DNA from: an uncultured delta proteobacterium
GTDB taxonomy: Bacteria > Desulfobacterota > Desulfobacteria > Desulfobacterales > JAFDCJ01
Direction of reading: 5' to 3'
DNA length: 64,000 nucleotides
NCBI GenBank assembly: GCA_963769935.1
Contig: CAVYNY010000032.1
Span: 96,001 to 160,000, forward strand
Shown: piece by piece, positions 58,753-64,000 of the stretch
How positions within the stretch are numbered: position 1 is the first letter of the stretch
How the letters are laid out: every line of letters begins with the position of its first letter
Notes under the pieces: generated by a model
What the model was told of the DNA's origin: nothing
The model's input: the letters and a program-made list of their open reading frames with translations, nothing else
Databases searched by the model: none
Made by a program: the position numbers and the translations under genes

Positions 58753-60390
58753 TTAGGCGTCTTTCCTGCGCTGCTCTTCACTGCGGATTTCCCGCCGCAA
58801 CAGCTTGCCGACTTTGGATTTGGGCAGCATGTCTCTGAACTCGATGTAATGGGGCACTTTATAGGACACCAGGGTCCGGCGGCACCACTTGATGAGGTCG
58901 TAGCCGGTGATGCCCTTGATGTCTTCTTTGAGGACCACATAGGCCTTGATGCGTTCCCCGACTTTTTTATCCGGCACGCCGACTGCGCAGGCGGCGATCA
59001 CCGCCGGGTGCTCCTGCAGCACGGATTCGATCTCGGAAGCCGAGACGCGGTAACCCTTGTGCTTGATGGTATCCACCGTACGGTCCACGAAGTAAAGATA
59101 GCCGTCCGGGTCCATGGACATCACATCGGCCGTGCGGTACCATTTTTGGCCGTCCAGTTCGACAAATGACGCCGCGGTTTCCTCGGGTTTGTTCAGATAA
59201 CTTGAGATCATATATGTTGACGACACCAGCAGTTCGCCGGGGTTGCCGGCCGCCACGGGCTCCAATGATGCGGGGTCGACAATTTTGATTTCTTTGCTGC
59301 GGACAACCTGGCCCACACTTTTGGGCGGGTTTTCCCGATCCACCCGACACATGGCTACACCGCCGCAGGTTTCGGTGGCGCCGTAGCCCTGGTAGATGGG
59401 GCGGCCGAATTTTTCCCGCCAGCGCTTGCCGATTTCCACCGGCAGCACATCACCGCCGCTGAAACAATATTCCAGCGAGCTGAGATCATACTGCTCCAGG
59501 CGAACATGTTCCAGCATCATCCGGTACAGGGCGGGAACCCCGATCAGGGTTTTGGCTTTAAAGCGTTCAACGGCATCAAAGATGGCATCTATATTAACGC
59601 GGGGCTGCAGGATTAAAGTGCCGCCGGTCAAAAGCGTCGCCAGCCCGCAGGTTTGACCCAGAATATGAAACAGGGGGGCATTGCCCATGATAACATTTTC
59701 CTCGGCCGGGAATAGGGCCTCGCTTGTCCGGATCTGCTCATCGGCCGAGATCAGAAACAGGTCATGGGTAAACGGAACGCCTTTGGGAAATTTGGTGGTT
59801 CCGCCGGTATAAAGTATTTCGGCGATTTCGCGCCCGTTTGCTCCCGCAAGCGGTTTTTGCCGATCGTCCGGTTTGTAGCGGGACAATAGATGCCTTAAGG
59901 TGAACGTTTGCGCGTTGAGGCTGAATTTGCCCCGGGGAATGACATCGAACAACAACCCGAACCAGCGCTTCCACCACGGCAGCAAATCGGCCGCATTGCT
60001 CACAATCACGCGTTTCAGACGGGTTTCGGGCAACACACTGGTGACATAGCCGAAGTTCGTGTCGGCACAGATGATCGTTTCAGAATTGCTGTCATTGGCA
60101 ATATATTTGAGGTCATGGGGGGTGTATATCGGTGTAATCGGTAAACTCACGGCACCGATTTTCTGAATGGCCAGCCAGCATATCACCCATTGAATGCTGT
60201 TGGGAATATACATCATGACTGTCTGGCCGGATGCAACGCCCAAATCAGCCAGCGCGGCGGCCAGGCGTCCGGCAAGCTCCTTGACCCGGTTGTAGGTGAA
60301 TTTACTTCCCAGATAAATTACGGCCGGATGGTCGCCGCGCCGATCGGCCGTGGCTGCAAAGGTTGAATATATATTCTTATGGCTGCTCAT
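58753..60390 (-). CDS. Acyl-CoA synthetase / AMP-dependent ligase
   Basis: LYTGGTTKFPKG, YQGYGATE, WYRTAD, FVDR, PKSKVGKLLRR; start ATG 60390 or TTG 60405. Confidence 0.9.
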   Translation of the reverse strand: MSSHKNIYSTFAATADRRGDHPAVIYLGSKFTYNRVKELAGRLAAALADLGVASGQTVMMYIPNSIQWVICWLAIQKIGAVSLPITPIYTPHDLKYIANDSNSETIICADTNFGYVTSVLPETRLKRVIVSNAADLLPWWKRWFGLLFDVIPRGKFSLNAQTFTLRHLLSRYKPDDRQKPLAGANGREIAEILYTGGTTKFPKGVPFTHDLFLISADEQIRTSEALFPAEENVIMGNAPLFHILGQTCGLATLLTGGTLILQPRVNIDAIFDAVERFKAKTLIGVPALYRMMLEHVRLEQYDLSSLEYCFSGGDVLPVEIGKRWREKFGRPIYQGYGATETCGGVAMCRVDRENPPKSVGQVVRSKEIKIVDPASLEPVAAGNPGELLVSSTYMISSYLNKPEETAASFVELDGQKWYRTADVMSMDPDGYLYFVDRTVDTIKHKGYRVSASEIESVLQEHPAVIAACAVGVPDKKVGERIKAYVVLKEDIKGITGYDLIKWCRRTLVSYKVPHYIEFRDMLPKSKVGKLLRREIRSEEQRRKDA

Positions 60391-60394
60391 TGGT

Positions 60395-61141
60395 TCAAAT
60401 TCCAAAATAAGCCGATCTGATTTCAGGATTGTCCATTAGCTCCTCTCCGGTGCCGAATAAAGCCAGCATGCCGTTTTCCACCACATAACCCCTGTCGATG
60501 ACCGGCAGCACCGGCCTTGCGAACTGCTCGCTGAGCAGCACCGTAATACCGGAGTTATCCCTCAGACTCACAACGGCTGCCATCACCGCCTGCTGCATCA
60601 ACGGGCTCAGACCCAGAAGCGGTTCATCCAGCAGCAGCAGTCGGGGTTTGACAATCAGGGCCATGCCGATAGCCAGCATTTGCTGTTCCCCCCCGCTCAT
60701 AAATCCGGCCTTGCGGGATTTTAATTTCTCCAGGGCCGGAAAAAGCTCGAATACCTTGGCGATGCCCTCCTGGGTCTCGGCTCTATTTTTCAGGTAGCCG
60801 GCGATCTTGAGATTTTCCAGCACACTGCTTTCCGGAAATACCGGATGCCGCTCCCGGCACAGGACGATCCCTTTTTTAACCCTTTCGCTCGGTTTGGTTT
60901 CGGTGATGTCTTCACCGTTGAAGATGATATGGCCGTAGATGGTGATCCGTTCGCCGCCTTTGCGCTTTTCTTTAATCCGCATGTCGATGATAAGACCGGA
61001 TAGTGAGTTCATCAGGGTCGTCTTGCCGGCGCTGTTCGATCCGATCATACCGACAAGTTCACCCTGCTTTACTTCAAGGCTGAGGTCATTGATAGCCAGG
61101 GCGTTTTCGAAGAAAACCATGAGGTGTTTGACTTCCAACAT
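60395..61141 (-). CDS. Branched-chain amino acid type ABC ATPase (LivF-like)
   Basis: GSNSAGKTT, MSGGEQQMLAIG, LLLDEPLLGLSP. Confidence 0.9.
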   Translation of the reverse strand: MLEVKHLMVFFENALAINDLSLEVKQGELVGMIGSNSAGKTTLMNSLSGLIIDMRIKEKRKGGERITIYGHIIFNGEDITETKPSERVKKGIVLCRERHPVFPESSVLENLKIAGYLKNRAETQEGIAKVFELFPALEKLKSRKAGFMSGGEQQMLAIGMALIVKPRLLLLDEPLLGLSPLMQQAVMAAVVSLRDNSGITVLLSEQFARPVLPVIDRGYVVENGMLALFGTGEELMDNPEIRSAYFGI

Positions 61142-61176
61142 TTTGTTTTAAAAAGCTCCTTGATTAATAGGCCGAT

Positions 61177-61385
61177 GGTTGGCCGGTTTGCCCGTTAGCC
61201 CGTTGGCCGGATGAATTTAAAATTGGAAATGAAAGATATTCTATGCAATCCACCAATCAATACGGCATAACCAACCGGTTTCAATAGACTGACCGCTCGG
61301 TTAGGTTCGGACCTAATCGACGCAAGTCCGGTCAACGGTCAACCGGCTACGGGCCAACCGGCAAACGGGCACACGGGCCAACCGC
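61177..61385. repeat. Inverted 8-mer tandem element, same family as 33975-34235
   Basis: ggttggccggtttgcccgttagcccgttggccgg ... caaccggctacgggccaaccggcaaacgggcacacgggccaacc. Confidence 0.65.
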
Positions 61386-62138
61386 CTAACCTTCACTCCC
61401 CAAATACGCCTTTTTCACCGCATTGCTTTCCATGACTTCATGGGCCTGACCGTCGGCAATTTTTTCTCCGTAGTTGAGGACGATTACCCGGTCGGCGATG
61501 CGGAAAAGCTCTTTGAGGCGGTGTTCGATCATAATAATGGTTTTGCCTTCCAGGCGCAGTTTTTCGATGATGGGCACGATGCCGGCCACCTCCGCCAGGC
61601 TCAGGCCGGAGAAGAGTTCGTCCAGAATTATAAGATCGGGCTGCAGGGCAATCGCCTTGGCCAGTTCCAGCCTTTTGAGATAGCCCTGCGGCAGCACACT
61701 GGCGCTTTTGTAGGCTACGAATGAATCCCGTTCAAATCCGACTTCTTCCAGCAGATCCAGCGCCACCGCATCACGGTCGCCGTATTTGCCGCCCACCAGC
61801 TGCTTGACCCGGGGTGAATACAGAGGAATAATCATATTCTTGTAGGCCGGCAGCTGGTAGAAGGGCTTGACCATTTGAAACGTTCTGGCAATTCCCAGGC
61901 GAACAATTTTATAGGGCGCCCAGCCCGTGATATTCCGGCCGCGATACATGATTTCGCCCTCGGAGGGTTTGACAAAGCCGGTAATCAGATTTACGGCCGT
62001 GGTTTTGCCGGAGCCGTTGGGTCCGATGAGTCCCAGCAATTCGCCTGCCGCCAGCTCAAAGCTCAAATCATAAATAGCCTGGACACCGCCGAAATTCTTA
62101 TGGACGCCGGCTACTTTCAGCAAAGCAGCAGAATTCAT
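61386..62138 (-). CDS. Branched-chain amino acid type ABC ATPase (LivG-like)
   Basis: KNFGGVQA, GPNGSGKTT, GIARTFQ, ILDE, IEH, AYLG. Confidence 0.9.
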   Translation of the reverse strand: MNSAALLKVAGVHKNFGGVQAIYDLSFELAAGELLGLIGPNGSGKTTAVNLITGFVKPSEGEIMYRGRNITGWAPYKIVRLGIARTFQMVKPFYQLPAYKNMIIPLYSPRVKQLVGGKYGDRDAVALDLLEEVGFERDSFVAYKSASVLPQGYLKRLELAKAIALQPDLIILDELFSGLSLAEVAGIVPIIEKLRLEGKTIIMIEHRLKELFRIADRVIVLNYGEKIADGQAHEVMESNAVKKAYLGSEG

Positions 62139-63139
62139 TAATCCACCTCCACCCACCGCTCGAACTGGTGATATTTCCGCTGAACGAAGTGAAATATGCC
62201 TTCCGGCAGTGCCACGATAAAGACGACCAGAAACAGGCCGTAAAAAACAATTCTCAACCCCCCGATGCCCCGCAAGATTTCCGACAGGGGCACCAGAATA
62301 AATGCGCCCAGGGTGGCGCCGGCCAGGGTGCCGGGGCCGCCCACCACAGCCGCTGCGATGGGTAAAATCGAATAGTCGAGAGCGAAAACCGGCATTCCGA
62401 CAAACATATAGACATGGGTCATGAAGGCGCCGGTGAACGCGCCGATACAGCTGGAAATAAACAGGGCCTGGGCTTTGAACCAGTATATGTTTATGCCGGC
62501 ATTGATAACGGAGCGGTCATTGTCACAGATGGCTTTTAGCACCAGACCGTAATCGGAGGCCAGCAAGCGTCGGAAACCAAAAAGGGCGGCCATCAGCACA
62601 CCCATTACCAGGTAGAGTTCTATCCATTTGGAGGGCAGGGGGGCGATGCCGCTGAGTCCTTCGGTGCCGCCGAATATCTTGGTGGCTTCAACAATCCGAA
62701 CCAGCATCAGCGGGATGATGAGGGTAACCATGGAAAAGTAAATTCCGCGCAGCCTCAGAACCGGCAGCAGAAATACCGTGCAGATAAAACCGCCCACCAG
62801 GGTGGCTACAGGGATGGCTGCCAGCGGAGGCAACCCCCAGTAGTGATTCAAAATTCCGGCTGTATAGGCGCCCATGCCGAAAAAAAGCGCCTGGCCCAGG
62901 GAAATCATGCCTGTCTGGGCCAGAATGTCCCAGCTGATCGCCAGCAGGGCAAAGACGGCCACCGAAAGCAGCACTTTCTGCCAGTAAAGGCCAAGTACCA
63001 GGGGCAATATTAGAAACCCGACTATCGGTATCAATCGCGGGGCAGCCAGATAAAGCATCTCCCGCCAGGAACTGAGGGCAAAAATATCCACCGATCTGGC
63101 CTTAATTCCCCTGTCTATTCTTTCTCTGCGTTTTTCCAC
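62138..63139 (-). CDS. Branched-chain amino acid type ABC permease (LivM-like)
   Basis: SLGQALFFGMGAY, LRLRGIYFSMVT, GGTEGL, VVGGPGT, PEGI; start GTG 63139 overlaps the upstream TAG. Confidence 0.88.
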   Translation of the reverse strand: MEKRRERIDRGIKARSVDIFALSSWREMLYLAAPRLIPIVGFLILPLVLGLYWQKVLLSVAVFALLAISWDILAQTGMISLGQALFFGMGAYTAGILNHYWGLPPLAAIPVATLVGGFICTVFLLPVLRLRGIYFSMVTLIIPLMLVRIVEATKIFGGTEGLSGIAPLPSKWIELYLVMGVLMAALFGFRRLLASDYGLVLKAICDNDRSVINAGINIYWFKAQALFISSCIGAFTGAFMTHVYMFVGMPVFALDYSILPIAAAVVGGPGTLAGATLGAFILVPLSEILRGIGGLRIVFYGLFLVVFIVALPEGIFHFVQRKYHQFERWVEVD

Positions 63140-64000
63140 TAAATTCTTTCTTCCAATTCCTTTTGCTTTCCGAAAAGACCGGAAGGTTTTGCAATCAACA
63201 CAATTAGAATGGCGGCCAGACTGACCAGCATGGTCCACTGGGAACCGATGTAAGCATCGGTAAAGCGTTCGGCAAAACCAATAATGAAACTGGCCACGAT
63301 AACACCGCCGGTGCTGCCGAAACCGCCGATGATGCATACGGCCAAGGCCTTGATCAACACGTCATATCCTTCACCGGGCGAAATGCTGCTCAGGGGGATA
63401 ATGACGGTGGCGGCCACACCAGCCAAACCGGCGCCGAACGATACAGCCACAGTGGCAATCCAGTCTGAATCAATGCCGAGACTGAGAGCGGTGCGTTCGT
63501 CCTGGGCGATTCCCCGGAATGCAAGCCCCAGTGATGAGTGATGAGTAAAAATCCACAGCCCGGCAATCAAGAGGATACCGATAATGACGATCAGGATGCG
63601 CTGCATATCGACAAAAGCCCCCAGGATAAAAAAGCTGTTGTCGATGAAAACCGGTAAATTGTATTCAAAGCCGACAAAGCCGAGATACCTGAATAACTCG
63701 AGAATCGCCAGGCCGATGCCAAAGGTGGCAATGACCTCGGACAGGGCCTGGCCGCGCACCCTTTGAAGTACAAAACGGTACATGAGCGCCCCCAGCAGGG
63801 CTGTGAGCAAAATCGATACGACGGCGGATAGAAGATAAGGCAGCTTTACCAGGTTCAACAGCATCCAGCTTGCGTATGCTGAAAAAATATACAAGGCACC
63901 GTATGCAAAATTAGCCACGCCGCTGATGCCGAAGGTCAGGTTGAACCCGATGGCCATAAGCGCCAGAACGATGCTGTTGATCACTGCGTAGACAACTGTT
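63139..64000 (-). CDS. Branched-chain amino acid type ABC permease (LivH-like), 5' end outside window
   Basis: ALMAIGFNLTFG...NFAYG, GLAFRGIAQD, IIGGFGS, KPSGLFG. Confidence 0.9.
   Translation of the reverse strand, partial: TVVYAVINSIVLALMAIGFNLTFGISGVANFAYGALYIFSAYASWMLLNLVKLPYLLSAVVSILLTALLGALMYRFVLQRVRGQALSEVIATFGIGLAILELFRYLGFVGFEYNLPVFIDNSFFILGAFVDMQRILIVIIGILLIAGLWIFTHHSSLGLAFRGIAQDERTALSLGIDSDWIATVAVSFGAGLAGVAATVIIPLSSISPGEGYDVLIKALAVCIIGGFGSTGGVIVASFIIGFAERFTDAYIGSQWTMLVSLAAILIVLIAKPSGLFGKQKELEERI

Overview
This is a bacterial window, most plausibly a Desulfobacterota (Desulfobacterales-like) genome or MAG; that is inferred from gene content and intergenic repeat style, not demonstrated. 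In order it contains: (1) a peptide-type ABC operon with an acetamidase/formamidase (1-5342, minus); (2) a ~22 kb divergent accessory locus (5691-27554), whose left arm encodes a tail-collar protein, a tail-fibre-repeat protein, a peptidoglycan-binding hydrolase, a patatin lipoprotein and a second lipoprotein, and whose right arm encodes a DUF6603-like protein, three large uncharacterised partners, a Kelch protein and a secreted beta-propeller protein; (3) adenine deaminase and an M24 peptidase; (4) a signalling block (PAS kinases, CheB/CheR fusion, NarL regulator, receiver, KhpA); (5) a MATE pump; (6) a toxin-antitoxin cluster around an SLC12-type transporter; (7) acyl-CoA dehydrogenase with EtfB and EtfA; (8) a LysW carrier-protein operon, lysW-lysX-lysY-[class II GATase]-lysZ-lysJ, with no lysK and a structured leader; (9) an acyl-CoA ligase with a Liv-type ABC transporter. 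The best candidates for undescribed biology are the DUF6603-like locus, the Ntn-hydrolase sitting where LysK is missing, and the structured RNA upstream of lysW. Five single-base frameshifts suggest assembly indels. All family calls come from motif recognition by eye; no searches were run.
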